Below, one piece after another: positions 25,231 to 39,659 of a stretch of 64,000 bases of DNA (positions within the stretch are counted from its first letter, which is position 1; the number at the start of each line of letters is the position of its first letter). The notes under the pieces are model-generated. The model had not been told where the DNA came from, did not search any database, and saw nothing but the letters and a program-made list of their open reading frames with translations. The position numbers were made by a program, and so were the translations under genes. This DNA is from Lama glama. Its lineage: Eukaryota. The stretch spans positions 49,292,001-49,356,000 of the forward strand of contig CM052816.1 of the NCBI GenBank assembly GCA_028534125.1, read 5' to 3'.

Positions 25231-25900
25231 GCAAATTTCAAATTCCCAATTTATCCTTTCCTAACCCCTTTACCCCCAGGTAACCATAAGTTTGTTTTCT
25301 ATTTCTGTGAGTCTGTTTGTTTTGTAGATAAGTTCACTTGTGTCCTTTCTTCTAGACTCCACACATAAACGGTATCATACAGTGTTTTTTTCTTTGACTG
25401 ACTTCACTTAGAATGACAATACCCAGGTCCATCCATGTTGCTGCAAATAGCATTATTTTATTCTTTTTTATGGCTGAGTATTATTCCATTGTATGGATAT
25501 ATCACATCTTCATCCAGTCATCTGTCGATGGACATTTAGTTTGTTTTCATATCTTGGCTATTGTAAATAGTGCTGCTGTGAGCTTTGGGGTACATGTGTC
25601 TCTTCAAGTTATATTTTCTTCCAGATATATGCCCAGGAATGGGGTTGCTGGATCATAGAGTAAGTCTATTTTTAGTTTTTTGAGAAATCTTCATACTGTC
25701 CTCTACAATGGCTGCACCAATTTACATTCCCACCAGCAGTGTAGAAGGGTTCCTTTTTCTCCACATTCTCTCCAACATTTATCATTTGTTGACTTTTGAG
25801 TGATGGCCATTCTGACTGCTGTGGGGTGATATCTCATCATAGTTTTGATTTGCATTTCTCTAACAATTAGTGATGTTGAGCATCTTTTCATGTGCTTGTT
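25230..25900 (-). mobile_element. Young lineage-specific L1 3' fragment
   Basis: [22 protein letters not shown]... ORF2 C-terminus; similar to the 17575 and 33668 copies. Confidence 0.92.
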
Positions 25901-27249
25901 AGAAGTTAGTTTTAGTTATGGTTAAAATGCTATACAGCAAAATGCAAACTATTTCTGACATATTCATGGAAAACAGGAGAATCAAAGGACATAGATTACA
26001 TCTATGTTAAATATATTTAAGCAAACACACAAAGATAGTTACATTATTATGGTTGTTTTGACTATCACAAATGGGAAATTTATTGGGACAAGTAAGGAGT
26101 CTGTTTTTAAAAGTTTGCACATTTACCAAATATCAGACAGATACCTCACAAGTTTCCATTATGTCTTTACTTTTTACCTAAATTAAAATGCTATTTGGAA
26201 CTAGATTTGTTCAGTGAAATATTTGACTACTGAATTTGCTTTAAATTGTAGTGTTCAAATGTAAACCTAATACTCATATTTGGGGAAGTCATAAAAAAGG
26301 TTCTGGTTGAAATTTAGTAATGCTGATGTTACCACAAAAATGCTGTATTAAACCACAACTGAATTAACATTTCAGTAGTCACAGAAAAATAAAACACCAG
26401 TGTGGGCTACTAGTGAGATAACCTTGCTGCAGAGCACCACAAAGGCTCCATTTCCACTATAGTCACAATTCTCTGTGGGAATTCACCTAGTGTTAAGGTT
26501 CTTCCTTCTCTCCTGCAAGGCAGCTCCTCTTCTGTAGACAAGAATGGGGGAAACATTCTGCTTTGTGATGCTAAAAATAAGAAAATAAAAGAGAACGAAA
26601 ATCATCTCAAGTTTAGATAGAAGTCAGTTCACATCAAGGACAAAGACTTGGCTGCCAAACAAAACTAAATCTCCAAAAAAATAATTTTGAATGTATTTGA
26701 CCTTTCTTCCCACTTTAATTTGTCTCAGATTCTGAATTGACTAGAAGTAGAATAATTTTCTTTGGGCTCTAGTTATTCTGCATTCGGCCCTAACCACAGC
26801 CCACCTTCAGTTTGACTCCACCCTCCTTCCAGCTTATCCATGAAATGAACACAGCCTTTTCTTCTCCTTCCTCCAAGAAAAATAAAAAATAAACATAAAA
26901 AGACTTGCATTATGTCTGCAATTTCATAGTTTTAATTTTTATCCATTCTGATTCTTTGTTCTTTTATACATTTATTCCTTAAACTTACCTTTTGTTTTGA
27001 TGATGACTTCATGTTTGGAGGATTCCATTTGTTTTTATATTTTATTTTTTGTGACCATCTACTGATGTGTTTTTAGTCTGATAGGTGATGGTTCTTAAAG
27101 TATTTTTTCAGTATTTTGTTTGTAACTGATTTAATATTCTTCTCAGTTCTGATGCTCTTTGAGACTTTCCAAGCATATTTTTGGAGATCCCTAAGTACTC
27201 AATAATAAAGCCCTAAAATAAATTTAAGTGTATATTGGACCACCTGGAT

Positions 27250-27768
27250 GCCTAAGACCAAATGCCACTGTATTTGAGTGGCTAGATTTGTGTTTATTAT
27301 GTGACTGAGTTGGCAATAATACCACTATGTCACAAGTTAATGAAAGGGAAAAAAAACCCAGAATGGCCAAAATAACAAGATTAACACCAAGAGAACGGTA
27401 AATGGTGCCACTGCTCTTATAAAAACTTAGTATAGTTTGAAATTGAAAATTTTATGACAGTTTAGAAGCGCCTATGCCTAAAAGCTACTATTCACATCTT
27501 AAAAGGCAATTTAGTTTCAGCAAAACAACATTATTAGTCAAACAAAATCGCTATTGTTAATTTGAATTTTTATTGTTTTTATAGTTTATATTTAACTTGT
27601 AAATTTGTTTGGCATTGTCATTTAGCATAAAGGTCTTACATCTGGATTTATTTTTCTATCATCTTTAAGTACCACTGTAATTAAAATATTTTATGTCAAC
27701 ACTGTGGGTTCATGATATTTGTTCCATTAAAAGTGATAAATATATTTCTCAAGTATAAGAAACAGTGA
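27250..27768. mobile_element. Probable old hAT/Charlie-type DNA transposon relic
   Basis: AT-rich body ending tcaagtataagaaacagtg, resembling a Charlie terminal repeat. Confidence 0.35.
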
Positions 27769-28874
27769 ATTAGAAGGTCACTATAAGTGAAAAATTCTGA
27801 AAATCCATTAATGCGCATATGCAGATTTCAGATGTTTCTTTGTACCCTCTAGAAAATATGTGTACGTAGATTTCTTGCGTCTAAGGATTTTCTCTGATCA
27901 ATCAAATTCTGAAGAGCATTAAATTAGCTAGCTAGCTACTCTTACAATATTGCCAATTATTTTCTTCCAATTAATGACTAGATTTATACTTTCATCTGGA
28001 TCCCTCTATTTCTATTATGTTTGCAGAATATTTCTGAGAAACTGTTTTCACATTTTGTGTTTTATGCACTTACTTGTTTTGCTGCCACTGTTTCTTTTGA
28101 TAAAGAATGGTTAGTAATGAGGCAGTCATACCTTAAAGATACTATGTTCATTTTATTTATTGCCTGTTAAGGCTTCAGGGTTATCAGGTTGTTTCATGAC
28201 TCACAGAAACATTTTAAAATACAATTGACCTCTGCTTTTTCTCTGGAAAATAAATGCGAGGATTATTCTTCTTCAAAAAAATATTTATTGACATAATAAA
28301 GAATCATGTTGTTTTCCAAGTATTACAAAGTAATGGATATAAAACCTTTTTGGAGGAAATGATATTTAAAATGATAGCATTTTTATGTTAGCAGAATACA
28401 GTAAGAATGACTTGGTGAAAGTAGATTAATACAGAAGACTGTGATCATTATAAACTCATTAGTTACAGTCAGGGAACAAAATACCACTATTTTTTCTCAA
28501 AATATTTTTGTCTTGATGAACTCAACTCATTGAATGTTTCTTCATTAAGCACAGAGCATACTTCTCTGATGAAAAATCTTCAGCATTGTTTGTTCTGCAA
28601 AGCGTAAGTTTGAACAATATAAAATAAAAATAGAAAAATAGCACCATAACCTAAACCATTGGTTGATGAATAATGCTTTATTATCAAAATCAATTTGGGG
28701 TCCCAGAAAAAAATTTAAAAACAATGAAGAAAGAATAGTAGGAAGACTCTTACCCACTTTTAAAGCATGATTTAGAAAATGAAGTACATATCTGAATATA
28801 AAATCTTCCCCAAGTTAAAAATACATAGAAGAACTAAATTATTTTTTTTAAAAAAAATGAAAAATAGGGGTGGG

Positions 28875-29755
28875 ATCAAGACAGTCTCTTCAGTGTTGTT
28901 GGGAAAACTGTTACAAGTAAAATAATAAAATTAGAACATTTTACCACATCATACACAAAAATAAATTTAAAATGGATTTAAAAGACCTAAATGTAAGACC
29001 TGAAATGATAAAACTCCTAGAAGAAAACATAGACAGTAGACTCCTTTACATTGGTCTTAGCAGTATTTTGGGGGAGGGGGTGGATATCTTCTCAGTCAAG
29101 GGAAATAAAAGCAAAAATAAACATGGGACCTAATCAGAGCTTTGGCACAGCAAAGGAAACCATCAGCAAAAGGAAAAGGCAACATACTGAACGGGAAAAA
29201 ATATTTGCAAATGGTATGTTTGATAAGGAGTTAAGTTCTTTACATATGCTGAATATTAATACAACTCAGTATTGAACAAAACCCATTTTTAAAAATGTGC
29301 AGAAGACCTGAATGGTCATTTTTACAAAGAAGCAGACAGGTGGCCAAGGGTCACATGAAAAGATGTTCAATGGGACTGATCATCAGGGAAATGCAAATCA
29401 GAACCATAATGAGATACCACCTCCCATCTGTCAGAATGGTTATTATCAAAAAGACAAGATATAACAGGTGTTGGTGATAATGTGTAGAAAACGACCCTAG
29501 TATACTGTTAAGGGAATGTAAATTGGTACAGCCACTATGAAAAACAGTATGGAGTTTCCTCAAAAATTTTTAAATAGAAGTACCATATAATCCAGCACTT
29601 TCACTCCTGAGTATATAATCCTAATTTGAAAAGATAAATGCACCCTTATGTTCATAACAGCATTATTTACAATATTGAAGATATGGAAGCAACCTAAGTG
29701 TCCATTAATATTGAATGGATAGAAGAAAGTGTTGTACACACTATATATAGATATT

Positions 29756-29846
<91 letters not shown>

Positions 29847-30310
29847 TCTACTACTCAGCCATAAAACAGAATGAAATTTTTCTGTTTCTGTTTGAAACAA
29901 CATGAATGGACCTGGAAGGTATTATGCTTAGTGACATAAGTTAGAGAAAGAACAAATAGTATATATGTTAATTTATATCTGGAATCAAAAAAATGTTTAA
30001 AAAGAAATGACTATAATAATGAAATAGAAAGAGACCAACAGATACAGAGAACAAAGTAGTGATTATCACTGGAGAGAAAGGTGGAGAAAGTAGTAAGATA
30101 GGTGAAGGGGATTAAGAAATGCAAATGATTAGGTACCAAATAAATTAGTTACAAGAATGTAATGTATAGTATGGAGAATATTACCAATATTTTATAATTA
30201 CTATGTGAAGTATAGTTTATAAAAATACTGAAATCACTATGTATACAACTAACATAATATTGTAAGTTAAATATACTTCAATTGAAAAATGCAATTACAA
30301 AAATGAAAAA
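28875..30310 (+). mobile_element. L1 (L1MA/artiodactyl-type) 3' portion
   Basis: aagacctaaatgtaagacctgaaa; HMKRCSMGLIIREMQIRTIMRYHL; A-rich tail. Confidence 0.92.
29757..29843. repeat. Perfect (AC)~43 microsatellite
   Basis: 87 bp of uninterrupted AC. Confidence 0.98.
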
Positions 30311-32867
30311 TGTAAAACTTCTTAAATAGTAGACCAAGGCAGAAAATACCAGTACATCCAAAAATAAAGATTTAAATATTCCTATGAAAAAAAAATTGCT
30401 GAATTCTAGGGACATAATAAAAGTACATTACTTACCACCTATTTAGTTCCACTAAGGTAAATCTTTACATATCATCTGTCATATAATGAAATACTCTCAT
30501 ATTCTCAGCTGTTTGAATTGTAACAAGGTAATTGGTGTTTATAATGATAACTTAATCAAGCACTCAGAGAGCTTAAACTATAATTTTGATGCTGCAATTT
30601 TACTTTTCATACTATAATTTTAATACTAAATGTATTCTGTTGTGTATCTAATACATAAAAATTTACTAACATATAGTAAGCCTTTACACTAAAATAACTG
30701 ATTAACCAAAATGCCCTATCTTATAATTTTAGCTTACAATGGTCTTACCGTATCTGTAGATCTGAAAAGTAGATAGTAAATATCACCACTTTGCTGAGAA
30801 AACTAAAGTTCCAGAATACCTTTTCTAATAGGATCTTTCCCAGAACTTCTACAAAATTAGAGTTTCTCCAATTCCATCAATATCTCACGCTCTCACTACT
30901 TGCAGTGCATTGTTTTGTATGTTTTAGGAATATAAAGATACCATAACCTGCTTCCCTTCCAGAATGGTGATGTTTAGTGAGTGCAACTTAGTATGTAGAT
31001 AGGAACCAGTAGGTCCCAGGAATCTGCACTGATCCCTCGTCTTCCAGATTATACTTCACACCTTCAGCCTCACCACTGTCCCAGAGGGTGTCTCTACACA
31101 TAGACTTACACTGTGTTTGAATTACTGTAATCTAGGAAAATTTATAGGGAGTTTGCAGTTAATAATCCATTCATGTTTAAAGTTCTTATTACTGAAAACC
31201 AAAAAAGAGAGAACAAAAAGGATCAGATGACCAAGACACTGAGTATATGGTCTAAAGCAGATACCAGAATGGTCAGCTCTTAGTTCAGTTTGTTAGGATG
31301 TGATGATTAGATCAGTTTCAAAGATAGAATCGTCCACAGTTCAGAAGATAGTTTGCCTCCCAAAGCCAGCCTAATGCTCATGGCTGACCTTGCCTAAAGG
31401 AAATCTGATGAGAACCATGCACAATTCACCAAGTCATCCAAAGCCATCACTGACTGTCAAAAACACAGCACGTACGCTATTACTTGTATTTTGGAAATAC
31501 TTCACCTAAAACAGACATCAGAAGATTGTGATTGTCTTGTTAAAAAATCATGGGACTAAGAAATTTTGATACAGTGATAAGTGGTAGATAAGCATTAAAA
31601 ATACCAGATTTTTTTCTTAATCTTGGGAGAATATTAAAATATCCATTCCATTTAGTAAATAAGTTGATGTCTGTAAGTTAAATAACTTGATATTTTTTCT
31701 GTAGACTGGTGAAAGATAATTTCTTTATTCACCAGCTGAAGTGACAGAAAAGGTAAAAGATAAAGATATTCCAATATCATATTTCCTTTAAGGAAACAAA
31801 AATCAGAACAACAATCAGATTCCATGACACCACACAATTTTAGAAACCTCAGACGCTTGCCGTTACTCTGTGCTGCCTCTGCAAATTTTCTTGTATTTAT
31901 TAACAATATGAAGGTTACCATGACACCTTTGGCAACAAATCACATTTTTCTGTCTCTGGAAAACTGAACCACAGTTTAAAAGAAATGTTGTCTCTGCCAG
32001 TATAAATATTCTACGTGTATCCATTTTTTTGTTCTACAATGTTTTTAGCACAGCTATTTGCCAGCTTTATTCCTCGGTTTTCTCCAATACACTTTTCCTC
32101 TACATTACTACCATGTTCTAAATAGCATTTCTCTTCAAAAAGTAACAAGGACAAAATGAGTTATACTACAGAGGGATGGAATGGGTTCTAAATGAGACAG
32201 ATGGAGTGAATGAGATTTTTTTTTCCCGTTTCTTTCCCACTATTTCAGACAGAAGGAAAGCCACAGCCTACTATTTTGAATAGCTACTATAATATACTAT
32301 AATATGATGTTATCTTTCCAGTAATGAATATTTGATCAATTTGTACCACTTTCATAAATCCTCTTATATCTAAGAATTTACAGTCATAGCTTTTTCTAAC
32401 GTTAGCTGTATAACGAATACACTTCAGTTTACAATGCAACGCGTTTGTGAGCTAGACTGATGAGCATGGAGAAACGGCTGTCCATTAGAGTCAGAAAAGG
32501 ATGCGAAGCGTAAGGACCACAGAAGCCTATTGGATCACCGCTGGAAATGTGCAGTTACCATAGGAAGCACAGTTCCCAAGAGCAGTACAAAGTATGCAAT
32601 GGATGTTTGGTTATTTTCCAATATATGTTATCTAATTGCAAAAACAAGGATATATGCAGTTAGAGTTTTGCAGTTCTGTGGTTATTTTGTTATTAAAGAA
32701 TTAATCTTTTCTATTTCATTTACTACAGGTATCTTAAACATGTGTAGTCAAATAATTGTCAGAATAAGTCATCAGTAACTAAACATAACGTTTTCAAGCA
32801 TTTCTTACTTTTAAGAGAACAGGACGTAAATAGGGAACATTGCTTATCCCTCTTAGGAGACACAAAC

Positions 32868-32975
32868 AGAAAAGAAAAGGAAGGAAGGAAAGATAAGGGA
32901 AGGACGGTTAAAAAGAAGGGAAGGAAGAGGGGGATGAAAGGCCAGAGAAAGAGAGGAAACAAAAGAGAAAAAGAA
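32868..32975. repeat. Purine-rich (GA/GGAA) low-complexity tract
   Basis: gaaaagaaaaggaaggaaggaaag... Confidence 0.75.
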
Positions 32976-33667
32976 ATCATATTTGAATGCTTTGTTTTTC
33001 TTGAGCCTGTAAGCCTCACATAGAATCTAGTAGTATTTCAGGAGCCAAGTAAAGTGAATATAGATTGCTAGCTGACTTCACCCACTTCAAACATTTGATG
33101 TTCAGTCACCAAAATGAATGCTAGAAACAGTAATATTCAGTAATGAAATTAATTAACCACTTTCTATCAAGTCTCCTATACCTGAGAAAACTAAAGCCAG
33201 GGATATCTCTATTTTTATTTACGACTACTAAAAAGCAAAACTAAATTCTATTTTTAACAGAACCTATTTAAAGGACAAAATAAAAATAAAGTAGGTATGT
33301 ATTCTATCTTCATCCCGAGTGACACATGATGATTTTCCTTTGTTTTCTCAGGAGATAAAAATTATTTCAAATTTTTCCTCAAGTTGGAGAGACTGATGGA
33401 AAATAAATGACAACTAAAGGAAAAAACTCAAATTATATTTTTTCTAGTGTTTACCATATTCTTCACATCAAAAGCTCTTTTGCTCTAAAACTCAAATATA
33501 TAAACTAGTAATAAGTGTAATTTTTATTCACTGCATACATTCTACAGCTTGCTCTTAGTCTGTTATTCTGCTATTTATTTAGCCATATACTCACATTACT
33601 TTCAAGGGAACAGTCCAGTTTCACTATATGTATCATAATCTTAATCCTGCTTTTTTTTTTGCCCTCC

Positions 33668-35122
33668 CTTTTTAATTTTTATTTTTATTGAAGTATTGTC
33701 GGTTTACAATATTGTATCAGTTTCTGGTGTACCGCATAATAGTTGAGTCATACATATACATACATATATTCATTTTCATATTTTTCATTATAGGTTACTA
33801 CAAGATACTAAATATAGTTCTCTGTGCTGTACAGTATGAACTTATTGTTTATCTGTTTTATATATAGTAGTTAGTATCTGCAAATCTTGAACTCTCAATT
33901 TATCCCTTCCCAACTCTTCCCCCCTCTGGTAACCACAGGTTTGTTTTCTATGCTGTGAGATGTTTCTGTTTTGTAAATAACTTCATTTGTCTGTTTTGGT
34001 TTTTTTTTGATTCCACATATAAGTAATATCATATGGTATTTTTCTTTCTCTTTCTGGCTTACTTCACTTAGAAGGACAATCTCCAGGTCCACCCATGTTG
34101 CAGCAAGTGGCATTATTTTATTTTTTATGGCTGAGCAATATTCCATTTTATATATATGTGTGTGTATGTATGCATACCATATCATCTTTATCCAATCATC
34201 TGCCCACGGATATTTAGGTGGTTTTCATGTCTTGTCTGTTGTACATAGTGCTGCTGTGAACACTGGAATGCATGTATCTTTTTTGAAGTAGAGTTTTCTC
34301 CAGATACATGGCCAGTAGTGGGACTGCTGGATCATGTGGTCAGTCTGTTTTTAGTTTTTTAAGGAATCTCCATACTGTTTTCTATGAATGGCTTCACTAA
34401 ACTACATTCCCACCAGCAGTGTAGGGAGATTCCCTTTTCTCTACACCCTCTTCAGCATTTATTATTTGTGGACTTTTTAATGATGGCCATTCTGACTTGT
34501 GTGAGGTGATAACCACATTGTAGTTTTGATGTTTCGTTTCTCTAATAATTAGTGATAGTGAGCATTTTTTCATGTGCCTATTGGCCATTTGTATGCCTTT
34601 GTTGGAGAACTGCTTGTTGAAGTCTTCTATTTTTGGATTCGGTTGTTTGTTTTTTTGTTATTAAAAATGTATGAGCTATTTGTATATTCTGGAAATTAAA
34701 CCCTTGTCAGTCTCATCGTTTGCAAATATTTTCCCCCATTCTGTTGGTTGTCTTTTTGATTTGCTTATGGTTTCCTTTGCTGTACAAAAGCTTGTAAGTT
34801 TAATTAGGTCCCACTTGTTTATTTTTGCTTTTACCTCTATTGCCTGGTTAGACTGGCCTAGAAGAACACTGCTGAGATTTATGTCAGAGAATGTTTTGCG
34901 TATGTTTTCTTCTAGGAGGTTTATAGTGTCTTGTCTTATGTTTAAGTCTTTAAGCCATTTTGAGTTTATTTTTGTATAAGGTGTGAGGGAGTATTCTAAC
35001 TTCATTGATTTACATGCGGCTGTCCAACTTACCCAGCTCCACTTGCTGAAGAGACTGTCTTTTCTCCATTGTGTATTCTTGCCGCCTTTGTCGAAGATGA
35101 ATTGACTGTAGGCGTGTGGGGT
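33668..35122 (-). mobile_element. Young lineage-specific L1, 5'-truncated at ~1.45 kb
   Basis: ORF 34676-35167 contains [19 protein letters not shown]...[14 protein letters not shown]...[10 protein letters not shown] (ORF2). Confidence 0.95.
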
Positions 35123-35299
35123 TTTGCCCTCCTTGCAAAAGGATTTTACTTTACCTGTGGCATTCATTCATTACCCATTGATGAATCTTTTTTTCTTCTC
35201 TTGTTTTACCCATCCTTAAAGATGACAGGAATTAAGTCATAGTAAAATAGAGAAAAAAATTTTTTTTCCTTAACTTGGAGAGCAGTAGCTTTTGTTTTT

Positions 35300-35470
35300 C
35301 AATGAGTTTTTAGAATGTGCTAAACGTTGTGTTGTTCTCACATTACTACGTGAGCAATGTACTAGATTGGTCCACTTTTATAGATAAGAAAACGGGGGCT
35401 GGAAGTGATGATAGGAGTGCTGTGTGCTCATTTGCTGAGGAACGAGGCTGATTGAGAGCCTGTGTGACTC
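35300..35470 (-). mobile_element. MIR fragment
   Basis: ccactttatagataagaaaacgggggct. Confidence 0.5.
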
Positions 35471-37850
35471 TGGGGTTTGAGCTCAGCACAGTGCCCACCC
35501 CTCCCACCGCATTAGGGCTATGGAGCAGATTCACCTGATCCTGTGTTGTGTGCAGGGATCATACCTTTCTCTCTGGTTGCCTTCTTTTCTGTCTCAAGTG
35601 CAATAACATTCAGATGGATGAATTATTATGTGAATAACTCTGATACACCTACTTTTCACGCTTGGCAGCTGCTTTTTAGAAAAGTTTGGTTGTGGCTTTC
35701 AAATGCCTTTAGTAAATTACCTTTTCAGATTTTTATCAGACATGTTTTAATACCTCTTAGAGCATAAATTCCTGGCATAGAGAACTTGTTTAAATACAAC
35801 TTTTACAAATAAACACGTAAGCCTTGAAGAATAACAGCAAATAACTCAGAACAATACTTGATATGTTATATCTCTTTACTTAGGAAATGATAATAGATTT
35901 TTACTTCACACATTTAAAGTTGGATTATAATTTCAATGATCTTAAAAATATTAAAGGCCACATCTTCACGAACTAGGTGTTTATGCATAGCCATAAGGGG
36001 TTAATCGAGCATAGACAGCACACACTTGAGACTCCAAATTGAATAATTTGATTTGTAAACAGGTACTTAGTGTACAAGATGCCATTACACATGTAATTAT
36101 CTGCCTTCAATTAATTGTGTGCATCTCTAAGGAGCAACTTAAGAATGTTTGTTTCAATTTCACTGGCTGTAAGGCCTGATATCTATAAACATTTATTTTA
36201 CTAATGCTATAGCTTTGACCTTTGGAAAAGTACATTGCTAACAGCAATAATTATGTGACTATCAGGAAAGATTGGGACTGGAATAATCATACCCCAAGTT
36301 TAAGTCCTTCTCCTCTGATCAGTCCCCTCTCTCCCATACAAGACACATGCCCAGAAAGAAAACAAAGCTCAGGCTTCTCACTAGGATGGTGAAGCATGTA
36401 TTATGAAATCTGTATTTGTTAATATAGAATTGCCCTTAGTTTAAAAACTCCTATAATAAACTGGGTATCGATTGCATCAAAGCTAGGATAAAGGTAAGAC
36501 ACAATATGGGCCTTTGAATAGAGCTTCAAAGCATCATTTTAGGGCTGCCTTTAGGGAGAGAGCTTTCTACTCTCCCATCTCTTTGGTTATGAAAAGACAT
36601 TCCTTGTTTAGATTCTGAGAAATCCATAATTTTCTGTATTACTGTTAATTTAGAAATTTAGTTCTACTAACATGGGAGTGATTGATCCTCCTCTTCACCC
36701 CTATTGTCATCTTCTTCCACCTCTGCCTCCCCCTCTTCCTTCTTCCTCACAATCTCACAGAGCTCGAAATTGTAACTTCAAAACACGTAGAGGAAAACAC
36801 TATGGACCCTACAGCCTCCTAAGCAAGTCCAAGGCCTTATTTATCTTTCTGCCTCAGCTTTTAATGCGTGAGTGATCGTCACATTCATAGTAACCAATGA
36901 ATTATCGCTGAGTGAATGAGTATTTTTTCCCTTAAACATCAAAATGGTGATGTCATTCTGGAAATTCTGAGACTGCCAGTGTGCCAGCCTTCAATCTGCT
37001 CTTTTTCTTTTAATTTCATCTATTATATATGAGAGCCATGCAAAAGATACACGTGAAAGGATATGGAACCCTTAAACAAATATGAGGTTGAATTCTTAAA
37101 ACAATAACGATTTTACTGGTATGCCAAAAAGATCACTCATTCATGTGACAAATACATTTGAACACCTACTATGCTGCAAGCCTGGTTCTAGGCACTGAAA
37201 TGTCAAGACTGAATAAAACAAACAAATATTCCAGGCCTCAAGAAACGTGTATTTTAGTGGAGGATGGAAAATAAACCAACTAAGTGTGTAACGTATGTAA
37301 TACTCTAGAGGGAGTGCTAAGGAGAAGGAAAAATAGTAAGGAAGTGGGATATGGAGTATCCGAGAGGGTTGAGATTTTCTGTATGGTGGTCGGGAGAGGC
37401 CTCCCTGAGATGACTTTTGAGTCATGACCTGAAGGGGAGAATGGAGATAATCATGCAGCTGTTGCCGGGAATAAGATTGTAGGTAAAGGGAACAACATGT
37501 AAGGGACCTAAGGTGGGAATTGCCAAGCTTGCTCAAATAACAGAAAGGATATCAGTGTGACTGGATGAGTGTTGAGGTAGGGGATGGAATAATAGAAGTG
37601 ATGTCAAGACAAGAAAGAAGTTGGGTCAATGTAGTTTATGTTGGTCACAGAATTTTACTCTAAGTTAGATAGGAAGTCAGTAGAGAACTTGGAGCAGAGT
37701 TTCAATGGTAAAATTCTGGCTGTTGTGTTGAAAATTAACTGCGAAAAAGAAACAGGCAGAAGTGGGACAGACAGATAGGAGGCTATTGCTTTTCTAGGCA
37801 GAAGAAGATGATGCCTTGGACCAAATTGGAATCAGTATGAATAGGGTTAC

Positions 37851-38253
37851 TGTTACGGGCTGAACTGAGTCCCTCTGAAATTTATATGTTGAAGACCTAC
37901 TGCCCAGTACCAGAGAATGTGACTCTGAAGATAGAACCTTTAAATAGGCAGTGAAGTTAAAACGAGGCAGTTAGGGGGGCTAATCCAACCCTTAACCCAG
38001 TGAGACTGGTGTCCTTATAAGAGGAGATTAGGACATACAAAATGACACCAGGGATGGGCATGCACAGAGAAGAGGTTATGCTGTGGACACAGTAAAAAGG
38101 CAAGTCAAAGGGAGAGGCCTCAGGTAAAAAAAAATCCTTCCCACGCCTTGGTGTTGGACTTCCAGCCTTCACAGCTGTGGGAAAATACATGTCTGCTGTT
38201 TCAGCACCTCAGTCTGTGGCATTCTGTTACGGCAGCCCAAGCTGACTAATACT
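37851..38253 (+). mobile_element. MLT1A-like MaLR solo LTR with 5-bp target site duplication
   Basis: tgttacgggctgaactg...ggcagcccaagctgactaatac; flanks gttac/gtcac. Confidence 0.88.
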
Positions 38254-38477
38254 GTCACTAAGGATGAAGATGATTGGTCAAATTGTAGATACATATTTAA
38301 AATAGACCCTACAAAATTGTCTGATGAAGCCAATTTGAGGTGTGAAAGAAAGGAGAATCAAGAATGACACCTCAGACTTTGACCCAGCAGCTAGCAGAAT
38401 TGGAGTTGTTGTTGACTGACACAGGAAAGATTCCAAGAAGAATTGGTTTGTCGGGGAACATCTCAATTTGGACTCCC

Positions 38478-38935
38478 TTGACACATGAGGATTTGAGTGC
38501 ATGAAGTTTGGGAAGTTTAAAGAACAAGGGTAGGGAACTGTGGAGGGGAAATAAGAAAAGGAAGGTTGCCACTCTGGAAGTTCTACTAAGCCAGCTGACA
38601 GACAGAGTGTTGGAAGGCTTAAGGCTGTGAGAAATCTCCAGGAAACAGAGCACTGAAGGTAGGTCTGAATTATCCTACCTTGGCAGTGAGAAAGTGGATA
38701 TTGTTATCTGCTTCCGGTCACTGGTTGGATGGTGTTGATTCCACAGCACTTTTGGCTTCATAGTGGGTTTCTACAGTGGCATGCAAGAGTCCTTGGGTCC
38801 AGAAGTGCAGGTACTGGCAGTTGGAAATGGGAAGTCAACTAGAGTTTCTCAGTGAGTGAGTTTGAGAAAGTTTCAGTGAGTTTATAGAGGCATATGGGAG
38901 AGGAAAAGACAGCGATTACTACAAGGAGTAAGCTG
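38478..38935 (-). mobile_element. ERV-L class LTR (similar to the host LTR at 22775)
   Basis: gaggatttgagtgc...tttgggaag...gggtagggaa motif. Confidence 0.6.
38664..38763 (+). repeat. Copy 1 of a 100 bp direct duplication
   Basis: 96/100 identical to 39380-39479. Confidence 0.97.
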
Positions 38936-39379
38936 GAGCTTGTGGGGACCAAGTGAAGCTTGAGATTCTCTTAGACATCCAATTGGAAGTGTCAGTAACA
39001 ATCTGGAATGAAAGCATTGTCAGTGTGACATCTAGTGTAGCAATTTTAACCCAAAGAGTAGGAAAGAAGAAAGAATTGAAAAAAGTAGTTTCCTATGAGG
39101 TAACTGAATTTTAGCCATAATACATACTGTTTAACTCAAGGTAAATCAAAGTATTTATTCCACATTTACAAAAAAGAAAAAAATTGCAAGGCCAGATTAT
39201 GTCATCTTTATTCAAGAATCAAAATTATAGCTATTTGTCCTCTTATATCGTTAATTTTAAAATTACAGACTATAATCTCAAAAGGATTTTGTTGAGGACT
39301 TATTTTATTATAAGTTCAGTTGTTTAAAATGAATTAATTCTAATGACTTAAATTGTATATAAATTCCTACCATCAGTAC

Positions 39380-39479
39380 TCTGAATCATCCTACCTTGGC
39401 AGTGAGAAAGTGGATATTGTTATCCACTTCCAGTCACTGGTTGGATGGTGTTGATTCCACAGCACTTTTGGCTTCATAG
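39380..39479 (+). repeat. Copy 2 of the 100 bp direct duplication
   Basis: 96/100 identical to 38664-38763. Confidence 0.97.
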
Positions 39480-39659
39480 AACAGAAGTCTAAAGCATTAT
39501 ATGGAAATTCTAATTAAATGTGAATCTTTCTCCAAATGGATCCAGAAGGCTTCATAATAGTTATGTCCACAGAGTTATTTCATAAACATTTTCAGGGTAA
39601 GAATATTGCTTTTAGAGCTAGTCTTCCTAATTTTTTATTGGAAACAAAGCTTTCCTAGA

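Larger units (their letters stand above)
37135..39020 (-). mobile_element. L2 element interrupted by two LTRs
   Basis: cattcat..acaaatacatttgaacacctactatg...tctaggcactg tail; aggagaatcaagaatgacacc body. Confidence 0.8.

Noticed and set aside
29560..29903. Cys-Val repeat ORFs
   Set aside because: Translation of the (AC)n microsatellite
34676..35167. 163 aa ORF as a host gene
   Set aside because: It is the ORF2 C-terminal part of a truncated L1
37141..37536. 131 aa ORF
   Set aside because: Within the decayed L2 3' region; chance open frame
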